NCBI GenBank assembly: GCA_963662315.1
Contig: OY759353.1
Coordinates: 96,001 to 160,000 of the forward strand
Direction of reading: 5' to 3'
From: Geopsychrobacteraceae bacterium
GTDB taxonomy: Bacteria > Desulfobacterota > Desulfuromonadia > Desulfuromonadales > Geopsychrobacteraceae
DNA length: 64,000 bases
A model generated the notes under the pieces. It was not told where the DNA came from. It ran no database searches and worked only from the letters and a program-made list of their open reading frames with translations. This document shows, piece after piece, positions 11,537 through 20,665 of this stretch; within the stretch, counting starts at the first letter, position 1, and every line of letters starts with the position of its first letter. The position numbers and the translations under genes were made by a program.

Positions 11537-13135
11537 ATGTCCAATAGTCTAAAATTCAGGGGCGTTCTCGTTATCCTCTGCCTGCTACTGTCAGTTTTTG
11601 CCATCGCCCCGACACTGATGCGCGGACAGTTGCCACAATGGTGGACCAACACTTTTGGTCCGATTCAGCTCGGGCTGGACCTTCAGGGCGGGATGCACCT
11701 TGTACTGGGGGTCGATGTTGAAAAAGCCGTAGAAAGCCGCATCGATACGATTATTGATCAGGCCGAGGCTCAGCTACGTGAAAAAGACATTGTTTTCAAG
11801 CGTATCGAACGGCGCCAGGGAGACCGTGTCGTCGTGCTGGTTTATGATGCTGAAGAAGGGGCTAAGGTTGATGCCCTGTTCGCCGAGGATTATCCTGCTC
11901 TTGAGGCGGAAACATTCAACGGAGCCGGTGGCTACATTGAGAAGCATTACCGGTTGAGCGATAACGAAATCAGTAATATTGAAGATTACGCGGTACGCCA
12001 GGCCCTTGAAACCATGCGCAACCGGGTTGACCAGTTCGGGGTCAGTGAGCCGACGCTGCAGCGTCAGAGCGATAATCGCATCCTTATCCAGTTGCCAGGG
12101 GTGGAAGATCCTGATCGCGCTATTGCTCTGCTCGGTAAAACCGCACGACTTGAGTTTAAACTGGTCGACGAAAATGCCAATGTCCAGGATGCCGTGGCTG
12201 GTAAGCTTGCTCCGGGTACTCAACTTCTTTATGAGCGCAACGTCAATAAAAAGACGGGCAGCGTTGCTGAAACACCACTGGTCGTTCATGATAAAACGGT
12301 TCTGACCGGTGATCTTCTGGCCGATGCCAATGTCCGTATCGATACCAGATTCAATGAGCCTTATGTCGCCATCGATTTTAATGCGGTGGGGGCCAAGCGC
12401 TTTGATCAGATCACAGCGGCTAATGTTGGCAAGCGGATGGCTATTGTACTTGACGATACGATTTATTCGGCACCTGTCATTCGTGAACGGATCTCCGGCG
12501 GCAGTGCCCAGATTTCCGGATCCTTCACGTCTCAGGAAGCAACCGATCTGGCGATCGTTCTGCGTGCCGGGTCCCTGCCTGCTCCGGTTAAGATTCTTGA
12601 AAACCGTACGGTAGGACCGTCTTTAGGGCAGGATTCAATTGACCGGGGGATCAGGTCGATCTGGGTCGGTGCTCTGCTTGTTGTCATTGCGATGATTATC
12701 TACTACCAGCTTTCTGGTGTTGTCGCAGTTATTGCTCTGATCCTGAATATCGTTTTTATCACGGCAATGTTGTCCATGTTTGGTGCAACCCTGACCCTGC
12801 CGGGTCTTGCTGGTATCGTTTTGACCGTTGGTATGGCGGTTGATGCGAACGTCCTGATTTTTGAACGCATCCGTGAAGAGATTCGCCTGGGGCGGGCACC
12901 TAAGCTTGCTCTTGATTCCGGTTACAGTAAGGCGTTTTTGACCATCATTGACGCCAACCTGACGACGTTGCTAGCGGCGCTGGTACTGTTCCAGTTCGGG
13001 ACCGGGCCGGTTCGTGGTTTTGCTGTTACCTTGTCAATCGGTATTGTCGCTTCATTGTTTACGGCAATCTTTGTCTCCAGAGTTATTTTTGACCTTTACC
13101 TGAAAGGCCGCGACATCAAGCGGCTGAGTATATAA
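11537..13135 (+). CDS. secD: protein translocase subunit SecD
   Basis: LGLDLQGG, LTLPGLAGIVLTVGMAVDANVLIFERIREE. Confidence 0.98.
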   Translation: MSNSLKFRGVLVILCLLLSVFAIAPTLMRGQLPQWWTNTFGPIQLGLDLQGGMHLVLGVDVEKAVESRIDTIIDQAEAQLREKDIVFKRIERRQGDRVVVLVYDAEEGAKVDALFAEDYPALEAETFNGAGGYIEKHYRLSDNEISNIEDYAVRQALETMRNRVDQFGVSEPTLQRQSDNRILIQLPGVEDPDRAIALLGKTARLEFKLVDENANVQDAVAGKLAPGTQLLYERNVNKKTGSVAETPLVVHDKTVLTGDLLADANVRIDTRFNEPYVAIDFNAVGAKRFDQITAANVGKRMAIVLDDTIYSAPVIRERISGGSAQISGSFTSQEATDLAIVLRAGSLPAPVKILENRTVGPSLGQDSIDRGIRSIWVGALLVVIAMIIYYQLSGVVAVIALILNIVFITAMLSMFGATLTLPGLAGIVLTVGMAVDANVLIFERIREEIRLGRAPKLALDSGYSKAFLTIIDANLTTLLAALVLFQFGTGPVRGFAVTLSIGIVASLFTAIFVSRVIFDLYLKGRDIKRLSI

Positions 13136-13151
13136 GAGGAGGCTTAACGGC

Positions 13152-14060
13152 ATGCAGCTGATCAAGCCGGATACTAATTTTGATTTTGTCGGCAAGCGGA
13201 AACTTGCTTTTGTGGTTTCCATTGTCCTGATTGTTGTCGGTTTAGTTTCCTTGTTGGTAAAAGGAGGTCCTGATTATGGGATCGACTTTTCCGGGGGGAC
13301 GCTGGTCCAGGTTCAGTTCACCGATGGTACTGATGCTGCCAGTATTAAGACTGCCTTGAAAGATCTGGATCTTGGTTCGCCGATTGTCCAGAGCTTTGGT
13401 GAAGAGCAGAATGAATTTCTGATTCGTGTTGAAAAAACCTCGGGAGAACTTCAGGGGCTTTCTGTCCAGATTCAGAACGCATTGGAAAAGACCTACGAAA
13501 AAGGGAAGGTCACCATTCGCCGGGTCGAAATGGTTGGACCTCAGGTGGGTAAGGACCTGCGGAGTAAGGGACTTCAGGCTATTCTGTACGCCATGCTCGG
13601 TATCCTGATCTATATCTCCTGGCGTTTTGAATTCCGTTTTGCCGTGGGTGCGATTGTGGCCCTCGTTCACGATGTCTTGATTACCCTGGGCGCCTTTAGC
13701 GTGTTTGGAAAAGAGATCGATTTACCGATTATTGCCGCTTTTCTGGCCATTATCGGCTACTCCCTTAACGACACCATTATTGTTTACGACCGTATTCGGG
13801 AAAACCTTGGCAAGCATAACAAGGAATCATTTTCCTTTGTTGTCAACCGCAGTATCAATGAGACGTTGTCCCGGACTATTTTAACTTCCGGAACAACATT
13901 GCTGGTTGTTGCAGCCTTGTTTGTTCTTGGCGGCGGGGTTATTCATAATTTTGCTTTTGCGATGCTGGTCGGGGTTGTGGTTGGTACCTACTCCTCCATT
14001 TTTGTCGCCAGCCCGATTCTGATTCTTTGGCAACAAAAGAAGTTCGCATTAAAAAAATAG
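13152..14060 (+). CDS. secF: protein translocase subunit SecF
   Basis: GIDFSGG, GYSLNDTIIVYDRIRE. Confidence 0.98.
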   Translation: MQLIKPDTNFDFVGKRKLAFVVSIVLIVVGLVSLLVKGGPDYGIDFSGGTLVQVQFTDGTDAASIKTALKDLDLGSPIVQSFGEEQNEFLIRVEKTSGELQGLSVQIQNALEKTYEKGKVTIRRVEMVGPQVGKDLRSKGLQAILYAMLGILIYISWRFEFRFAVGAIVALVHDVLITLGAFSVFGKEIDLPIIAAFLAIIGYSLNDTIIVYDRIRENLGKHNKESFSFVVNRSINETLSRTILTSGTTLLVVAALFVLGGGVIHNFAFAMLVGVVVGTYSSIFVASPILILWQQKKFALKK

Positions 14061-14118
14061 CTGCATGGTTCTTTACCAGAAGAGCAGCCAACGGTTACAA
14101 TTTTTCAATTACTCATTT

Positions 14119-14157
14119 ATTGCAGGCATCATCAGCATGATGCCTGCAATTCTTTTT
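14119..14157 (+). terminator. terminator-like hairpin after secF
   Basis: ATTGCAGGCATCAT-CAGC-ATGATGCCTGCAAT then TCTTTTT. Confidence 0.7.
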
Positions 14158-14170
14158 CGGTAAAGGTTAG

Positions 14171-14746
14171 ATGATGAAAAAAGAAACCGCAGCATTAACT
14201 GTAATTGTTCTGGTAATTGGGATTCTGCTTGGCGTTATCTACTCAAACTGGCGTAAGGATAGCGCATCACCTACTTCTGGTGTCCAGACTTCGCCACCGG
14301 CGGTTGTCAACTACCAGCAAAAAATATCCATGCTCGAAGACATTGTCACCAAGGAACCGGGTAACCGCAATGCCTGGGTTCAGCTTGGTCACAATTATTT
14401 TGATTCTGATCAGCCGATGAAGGCGATCGATGCTTATCAAAAAGCCCTGGAGCTGGATGACAAGGATGCTGATATCCTGACCGATCAGGGGGTCATGTTT
14501 CGTCGTGTCGGCTGGTATGACAAAGCCATTGCCAATTTTAAAAAAGCTTCTGAACTTGTGCCGAGTCATCAGCAAAGTCTATATAACCTGGGAATTGTTT
14601 ATCGTTATGATTTGAAAGATTTTCCTCAGGCTGTAACGGCCTGGGAAAAATTGTTGGCCATCAACCCGTCAGCACCCGGTGCTGATCAGGTTCGTAGAGA
14701 AATTGAATTTCTAAAAAATCATCCGAATCCCACTGCCCCTCAATAA
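14171..14746 (+). CDS. membrane-anchored TPR protein
   Basis: N-terminal TM helix; TPR-like repeats (AWVQLGHNYFD, ILTDQGVMFRR, SLYNLGIVY). Confidence 0.85.
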   Translation: MMKKETAALTVIVLVIGILLGVIYSNWRKDSASPTSGVQTSPPAVVNYQQKISMLEDIVTKEPGNRNAWVQLGHNYFDSDQPMKAIDAYQKALELDDKDADILTDQGVMFRRVGWYDKAIANFKKASELVPSHQQSLYNLGIVYRYDLKDFPQAVTAWEKLLAINPSAPGADQVRREIEFLKNHPNPTAPQ

Positions 14747-14769
14747 CAACCGGAAAACGTCATAATGAG

Positions 14770-16530
14770 ATGAACACCGGTTTGGATCGTACTATGGAAC
14801 CTGTTGTTTTACGTAATTGGCAGTTGCGCAGCGCACTCCCTTCTGACACCGAACTATACGGCTTTGCCCGCGATCTGAATGTTTCTGACATTGTTGGCCG
14901 CTTGTTGTGGCTACGTGGAATTCAGTCAGTCGAGGCGGCACGCACCTTTCTTTCTTCGCGTCTGGCCGATCTTCCCGATCCTGCGTTGCTTCCTGATATG
15001 GAGCGCGCCTGTGAGCGGCTTGTCAAGGCTCTGCAGAGGGGAGAAAAAATAGCTGTCCATGGCGATTACGACGTCGATGGCATAACCGGCTGCAGTCTGC
15101 TGGTTGAAATGCTCAGCGCTTTCGGAGCTAAGGTCGTTTACCATATTCCCTTGCGGCTGGTTGATGGTTATGGGCTGTCTGAGGATGCTATCCGCGATGC
15201 CCATCGGCAGGGGTGCACGGTTATCGTTTCGGTTGATTGTGGCGTATCGGCACACCAAGAGGCCGAGGTTGCCAGTATGCTTGGTCTTGATCTTATTGTC
15301 ACCGATCATCACCAGCCACCTGAAACATTGCCTCGTTGTTATGCTTTGATAAATCCGCATTTAGCAGAGAACCGCTTCCCCTGGCCCAATCTTGCCGGTG
15401 TCGGCGTGGCTTTTTTTCTGATTCTGGGCCTGCGCAGATCATTACGTTCTATAGGATATTTCACTGAGCGCTCTGAACCTGACGTGCGCTTTGTCCTGGA
15501 CCTGGTCGCCCTGGGGACAATTGCTGATATTGTACCGCTGAGTGGTGTGAACCGGATTCTGGTTAAGCAGGGGCTGCAATTACTCGAGAAGTCGGTGCGT
15601 CCCGGAATTACTGAACTTAAAAAAGTCGCCCAGGTCAAGGAAGTGAACAGTGGTGTTGTGGGGTTTCGTCTGGCTCCGCGGCTTAATGCCGCCGGACGTC
15701 TTGAGGATGCCGCAATGGGGGTCGAGTTGCTGTTGAACCGTGAGGTCAATGCCGCATCTGAGCTGGCCGAATTCCTGGATAATTGCAATCGCGATCGTCA
15801 GGTTGTTGAACAGCAGACCTTACAGGAGGCGATCGCCATGGTTGAAAACGGCCTTGATAACGATCTATACAGTATCGTGCTTGCCAAAGAAAACTGGCAC
15901 GCTGGTGTTATTGGGATTGTCGCCAGTCGGCTGGTTGAACGCTACCATCGGCCTGTTGTCATGATTGCCCTGGAACATGGTGAAGGGAAGGGGTCTGCCC
16001 GCTCGATCAGCGGATTTCATCTTCATGATGCGCTCGGTCAATGCAGTGATCTGTTGCGAGGCTTCGGTGGTCATGCTATGGCAGCTGGGTTGACCATTGC
16101 TGAAGAAGCACTCGAATCTTTCCGGTCTGCTTTTGAGACTGTGGCGCGTACGAGTCTTTCAAAAACAAATTTGCAGCCGACTTTAAATCATGATGGCGAA
16201 ATCTCTCTGTCCTCCCTGAGTCTTGACGTACAGGAGCAGATAGATCAGCTGAATCCTTATGGTGCTGGCAATCCGTTGCCGACCTTTATCGGACGCGACT
16301 GCCGGGTTTATAACTGCCGGGTCGTGGGTGACAAACATCTTAAATTTGATGTTGAGCAGGAAGACAGTTTTATGCCAGCGATTGCCTTCGGCATGGCTGA
16401 GCGGATGGCTGAATGCTCCGGCCGTCTTGATCTGCTGTTTCGTCCGGGGATTAATGAGTGGCGCGGCGAACGGTCCCTGCAACTTCAGATTATCGATTTT
16501 CACCAAGCAGGGGAACAGACCAATGGCTGA
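14770..16530 (+). CDS. recJ: single-stranded-DNA exonuclease RecJ
   Basis: HGDYDVDG, VDCG, TDHH, GGHAMAAG; start may be 14794. Confidence 0.97.
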   Translation: MNTGLDRTMEPVVLRNWQLRSALPSDTELYGFARDLNVSDIVGRLLWLRGIQSVEAARTFLSSRLADLPDPALLPDMERACERLVKALQRGEKIAVHGDYDVDGITGCSLLVEMLSAFGAKVVYHIPLRLVDGYGLSEDAIRDAHRQGCTVIVSVDCGVSAHQEAEVASMLGLDLIVTDHHQPPETLPRCYALINPHLAENRFPWPNLAGVGVAFFLILGLRRSLRSIGYFTERSEPDVRFVLDLVALGTIADIVPLSGVNRILVKQGLQLLEKSVRPGITELKKVAQVKEVNSGVVGFRLAPRLNAAGRLEDAAMGVELLLNREVNAASELAEFLDNCNRDRQVVEQQTLQEAIAMVENGLDNDLYSIVLAKENWHAGVIGIVASRLVERYHRPVVMIALEHGEGKGSARSISGFHLHDALGQCSDLLRGFGGHAMAAGLTIAEEALESFRSAFETVARTSLSKTNLQPTLNHDGEISLSSLSLDVQEQIDQLNPYGAGNPLPTFIGRDCRVYNCRVVGDKHLKFDVEQEDSFMPAIAFGMAERMAECSGRLDLLFRPGINEWRGERSLQLQIIDFHQAGEQTNG

Positions 16531-17497
16531 GTCCTCTCTCCATTTATCCGGTCTTCTGGCCCAGTTATCTGCCCTCAATGTCGGGACGGTTTATCTCAAC
16601 GAATCGCTGGCCAACCATAATACCTGGAAAATTGGCGGGCCGGCTGCTGCTCTGGTTGAACCCTCTGGTGAGGAACAGGTTCGGCAGCTGGTTCTGTTTG
16701 CCTGGCAGCATCGCATTCCTCTTGTTGTAATCGGGCAGGGGAGCAATCTGCTGTTTGATGATCGTGGTGTTCATGGCATCGTGGTGAAGATTGGTACGCG
16801 GATGAATCAGCTGGCTATTACAGAAGGATCTATTGTGGCCGGAGGAGGAGTGTGGGTTCCGCAATTGGCCAGAAAATCGATGGCTGCAGGTTTGACTGGT
16901 CTTGAGCACTGCATCGGGATTCCCGGTACCCTGGGCGGGCTGATTATGATGAACGGGGGGAGTCAGCGCCATGGCATCGGGGAAAACGTGGTCAGTGTGA
17001 CCTGTGTCAGCGCGGCTGGAGAGCTGCAGCGATTGAATAAGGACGAGTGTTGCTTTGCTTATCGGCATAGTGCCTTGCAGGGGACTGGTTGCGTGGTCAC
17101 CGGTGCCGAACTGTTCTGTGCCAAAGGAGACAGCCTGGAGATCCGGCGTGCCATGCTTAGTGATCTGCACAACCGTCGCCATAAATTTCCGCGCAAGTTG
17201 CCGAACTGTGGTTCTGTATTTTTAAGTACGGCTGAAATGCATGCCAGTGTCGGTCCCCCTGGAAAAATTATTGAAGAGTGTGGGCTTAAAGGGACGCGTT
17301 GTGGGGGAGCGGAAGTGTCACCTCATCATGCAAATTTTATCGTCAATGTCGAGCGGGCTTCTTCGGCGGATGTTTTAGAGCTGATTGCCCACATCCGGGC
17401 CAGAGTGATGGATAAAATTGGCTTTGAGCTGTGCTGTGAGGTGCGTTATGTCAGTCCTGACGGTAAAATTCTGCCTGCTCATTTAGCCCTCTCCTAG
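16523..17497 (+). CDS. murB: UDP-N-acetylmuramate dehydrogenase (MurB family)
   Basis: WKIGGPA, GQGSNLL, GIPGTLGG, FAYRHS, GSVF, HANFIVN; ATG 16523 overlaps the recJ stop. Confidence 0.9.
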   Translation: MAESSLHLSGLLAQLSALNVGTVYLNESLANHNTWKIGGPAAALVEPSGEEQVRQLVLFAWQHRIPLVVIGQGSNLLFDDRGVHGIVVKIGTRMNQLAITEGSIVAGGGVWVPQLARKSMAAGLTGLEHCIGIPGTLGGLIMMNGGSQRHGIGENVVSVTCVSAAGELQRLNKDECCFAYRHSALQGTGCVVTGAELFCAKGDSLEIRRAMLSDLHNRRHKFPRKLPNCGSVFLSTAEMHASVGPPGKIIEECGLKGTRCGGAEVSPHHANFIVNVERASSADVLELIAHIRARVMDKIGFELCCEVRYVSPDGKILPAHLALS

Positions 17498-17517
17498 GGG
17501 CTTTTTTGCTCGTTCAA

Positions 17518-17567
17518 CCACACCCAGCACTCCCTCCTTCCCGAGAAGGTGAAAGTGCTGGGTGTGG
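17518..17567 (-). other. long strand-specific RNA hairpin 3' of ettA
   Basis: On the minus strand, a 23-position stem (2 G-U pairs, one A-A mismatch) closing a UCGG loop. Confidence 0.7.
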
Positions 17568-17586
17568 GATGTATTGAGGTTTGCAG

Positions 17587-19263
17587 TTATTGTCTGGTTA
17601 ATGACCGGTAGCGGATCCGGTGTGGTTGATCGGCTTCGCGCCCCAAACGCCGCTTGCGGTCTTCTTCATATTCTGAATAGTTACCTTCGAACCAGACCAC
17701 CTGGGAGTCTCCTTCAAAGGCGAGCATATGAGTGGCGATCCGGTCCAGGAACCAGCGATCGTGGCTGATCACCACGGCACAGCCGCCAAAGTTTTCCAGA
17801 CCTTCCTCAAGCGCCCGTAAGGTATTGACATCCAGGTCGTTGGTGGGCTCGTCAAGCAGCAGCACGTTGGCTTCTTCGCGTAACATTTTGGCCAGATGAA
17901 CCCGGTTGCGTTCACCACCGGACAGAACGCCGACCTTCTTCTGCTGATCTGAACCGGAAAAGTTAAAGCGCGCCACATAGGCCCGTGAATTGACTGATTG
18001 GCCGCCCATCATGAAGTTGTCATGACCTCCACTGACCTCTTCCCATATGGTTTTGTTCGGATCAAGATCACGTCCCTGATCGACGTAACCAAGCTGAACG
18101 GTTTCGCCAACTTTGAAGCTGCCTGCGTCGGCCTGCTCCTGTCCGATGATCATTTTGAACAGGGTCGATTTACCGGCACCGTTAGGACCGATGACACCAA
18201 CGATCCCCCCTGCGGGCAGGTTGAAACTGAGGTTGTCGATGAGTAACCGCTCACCGAATCCTTTGCTGACATCTTTGGCTTCAACTACTATATTGCCCAA
18301 TCGAGGCCCTGGTGGAATAAACAGTTCGAGGGTTTTCTCCTTGGCCAGCCCTTCGTTACCCAGAAGTTTTTCATAGGAGTTGATCCGCGCCTGGGATTTG
18401 GCATGGCGACCCTTGGGTGACATGCGGATCCATTCGAGCTCGCGTTGCAGGGTCTGTTGGCGTTTGCTTTCGGCCTTCTCTTCTTTACGCAGGCGTTCCT
18501 GTTTCTGTTCCAGCCAGCTTGAATAATTGCCTTTCCATGGTATCCCGTGGCCACGATCCAGTTCGAGAATCCAGCCAGCGACATTATCCAGGAAATAGCG
18601 ATCGTGGGTAACTGCGATAACGGTACCCTGATAACGCTGCAGGTGTTGCTCAAGCCAGGCAACGGTTTCCGCATCCAGGTGGTTGGTCGGTTCGTCGAGC
18701 AGGAGAATATCAGGTTTCCTGAGCAGCAGGCGACACAATGCTACGCGGCGTTTTTCACCACCGGAAAGGTTTTTGATCGGAGTCTCGGGTGCCGGGCAGC
18801 GTAGTGCTTCTTCGGCTAGCTCAAGGCGTGAATCAAGTTCCCAGGCATCGGCGGCGTCCAACTGATCTTGAACGGCAGCCTGGCGGGCCAGGAGTTTGTC
18901 CATATCGCAGTCCGGGTCGGCGAAGGCGTTATTGATCTCTTCAAATTCCGCCAGCAGGTCGACGATTTCCTGTACCCCCTCTTTAACCACTTCGCGCACG
19001 GTTTTGCTGTCATCGAGTTGTGGCTCCTGTTCCAGATAGCCAACACTGTAACCCTCTGACAAAACGGCTTCACCGTTAAACTCTTTATCAACCCCGGCCA
19101 TGATTTTCAGCAGGGTTGATTTGCCTGATCCGTTCAGACCCAGCACGCCAATTTTGGCTCCGTAAAAGTACGACAGGGAAATGTCTTTGATGATGGTCTG
19201 CTTATTGTACGTTTTGCTGACCTTCATCATGGAATAGATGATTTTTTTTGTGTCCTCGCTCAT
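17587..19263 (-). CDS. ettA: energy-dependent translational throttle protein (ABC-F)
   Basis: Two ABC domains; [44 protein letters not shown]. Confidence 0.96.
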   Translation of the reverse strand: MSEDTKKIIYSMMKVSKTYNKQTIIKDISLSYFYGAKIGVLGLNGSGKSTLLKIMAGVDKEFNGEAVLSEGYSVGYLEQEPQLDDSKTVREVVKEGVQEIVDLLAEFEEINNAFADPDCDMDKLLARQAAVQDQLDAADAWELDSRLELAEEALRCPAPETPIKNLSGGEKRRVALCRLLLRKPDILLLDEPTNHLDAETVAWLEQHLQRYQGTVIAVTHDRYFLDNVAGWILELDRGHGIPWKGNYSSWLEQKQERLRKEEKAESKRQQTLQRELEWIRMSPKGRHAKSQARINSYEKLLGNEGLAKEKTLELFIPPGPRLGNIVVEAKDVSKGFGERLLIDNLSFNLPAGGIVGVIGPNGAGKSTLFKMIIGQEQADAGSFKVGETVQLGYVDQGRDLDPNKTIWEEVSGGHDNFMMGGQSVNSRAYVARFNFSGSDQQKKVGVLSGGERNRVHLAKMLREEANVLLLDEPTNDLDVNTLRALEEGLENFGGCAVVISHDRWFLDRIATHMLAFEGDSQVVWFEGNYSEYEEDRKRRLGREADQPHRIRYRSLTRQ

Positions 19264-19528
19264 GTCTGTCCTTTGATGTATGAGAATAAACCTGTAATCA
19301 TCAGGTAGTTAGAATTTTTGCTCAAGGATGTATAACATTGCTGCTCAGTTTCCTGCAACAGGTGAGATTGTTAGAGTTCGAATTGAAGAATTAAGGGGCG
19401 CTCAGGGTGAACCCTGCTTCCCCCAAAGAGATGTTTCTTGACCATGTCCTCTTTGAATCACTGTCAGCAGGTTGTTGGAATAACGAGGGAGTGTTTATCT
19501 TGTTTTCCCTCTTTATCGCCAAGCTCGT

Positions 19529-20665
19529 TCAAGAAACTGCTGGCCCTTCGAGTTGCCGGAGGATTGTTAAAAAGTTATAGGTCAGTTGGGGGTGCAGTTT
19601 GTTCCCGGCCAGGTTGTGCATGATCTGGATAATCTGGTTCAGATCCAATGCTTCCTCGTAGGATCGATGGGTTCGCATGGCATCGTAGGTATCTGAAATT
19701 GCAGTCATGTAAGAGCAGAAATGCTGTTTCCACGACGGCTTGACTTCGGGATATCCGGCCAGATCATAGCGCATATGATGCTCAAATGCTGTGATGACTG
19801 CGAGTTTGGGTACGTCCGGAACGGTCAGCAGATACTCTGCCCCCAAGCGTGGATGTTGTTTCATCGTGTTCCATTCTTCTTCATTCAGTGCCGCGGTTTT
19901 GGTCAGAATTGACGGAGAAATGAACATCTTCCCGACATCGTGAAGCATGGCAGCGATTCCGATATCATTGAGTAATTGTCCCTCAATTCCCAGGGCCTTG
20001 GCCTGTGCCAGATTGAGCAGGCAGATATTGGTTGAGTGGGTATAGGTATATTCGTTAATGGCTCGCAGCGGTGCCAGAGCCAGAAAGGCATTGCCTTGCT
20101 TTTTGAAAGAATGGATAAAGCTGGCGACAATGTCTGAAATCCCTGATAAATCGATTTTTTCCCTATTCTGGATATGCTGGTAAAGATCATTAATCTGACT
20201 GGGCTCAACAGCTGAAATCTCTGCCAGCCCTAACAACGCCCCTTGCTCAGCACCAGACTGACGATAGCGTACCTCAACCTGGCCAAAATGAATATGTTTG
20301 CTGTCATAAATGGCTGTTTCATTGTGCTGAGACTGACTGAGAATCTGAATCAGGTTGAGAAGTTCTTCTGTGTAGATGCCTCTTTCGATTTTTAGATAAC
20401 TGATTCCTCTTTGTGAAAAGGAAGAAATCAATCGAGAAGCGGTTAATGTCGTTATCAGTGGTTTGTTGTTGTAGATCAGCTGTCCATTGATGAGTCTCAG
20501 GATCAGGTCATCTCCTGCTCCTGTTAATTGTTCAAGGCCCTGCATGGCCTGCTTGTTGAAACGTAATACCTGGCGGTGATTGATGTCATAAAGTGCCGCA
20601 TTTGCCGCAGCTGTCATCAACAGGCGAATGAAATTATAGATGGGGGACTGTTCAGTGGATTTCAT
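19529..20665 (-). CDS. HD-GYP domain protein (putative cyclic dinucleotide phosphodiesterase)
   Basis: YTYTHS, LHDVGK, HPRLG, HHMRYDLAGYP, DTYDAM. Confidence 0.85.
   Translation of the reverse strand: MKSTEQSPIYNFIRLLMTAAANAALYDINHRQVLRFNKQAMQGLEQLTGAGDDLILRLINGQLIYNNKPLITTLTASRLISSFSQRGISYLKIERGIYTEELLNLIQILSQSQHNETAIYDSKHIHFGQVEVRYRQSGAEQGALLGLAEISAVEPSQINDLYQHIQNREKIDLSGISDIVASFIHSFKKQGNAFLALAPLRAINEYTYTHSTNICLLNLAQAKALGIEGQLLNDIGIAAMLHDVGKMFISPSILTKTAALNEEEWNTMKQHPRLGAEYLLTVPDVPKLAVITAFEHHMRYDLAGYPEVKPSWKQHFCSYMTAISDTYDAMRTHRSYEEALDLNQIIQIMHNLAGNKLHPQLTYNFLTILRQLEGPAVS

Noticed and set aside
16259..16522. 88-aa N-terminal extension of MurB in the ORF track
   Set aside because: It lies inside recJ in another frame; the MurB-like sequence begins after ATG 16523.
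19371..19460. Two weak hairpins and a 24-codon minus-strand ORF upstream of ettA
   Set aside because: The RBS-to-start spacing is only 1 nt, the stems are imperfect, and the region lies upstream of the likely ettA promoter.
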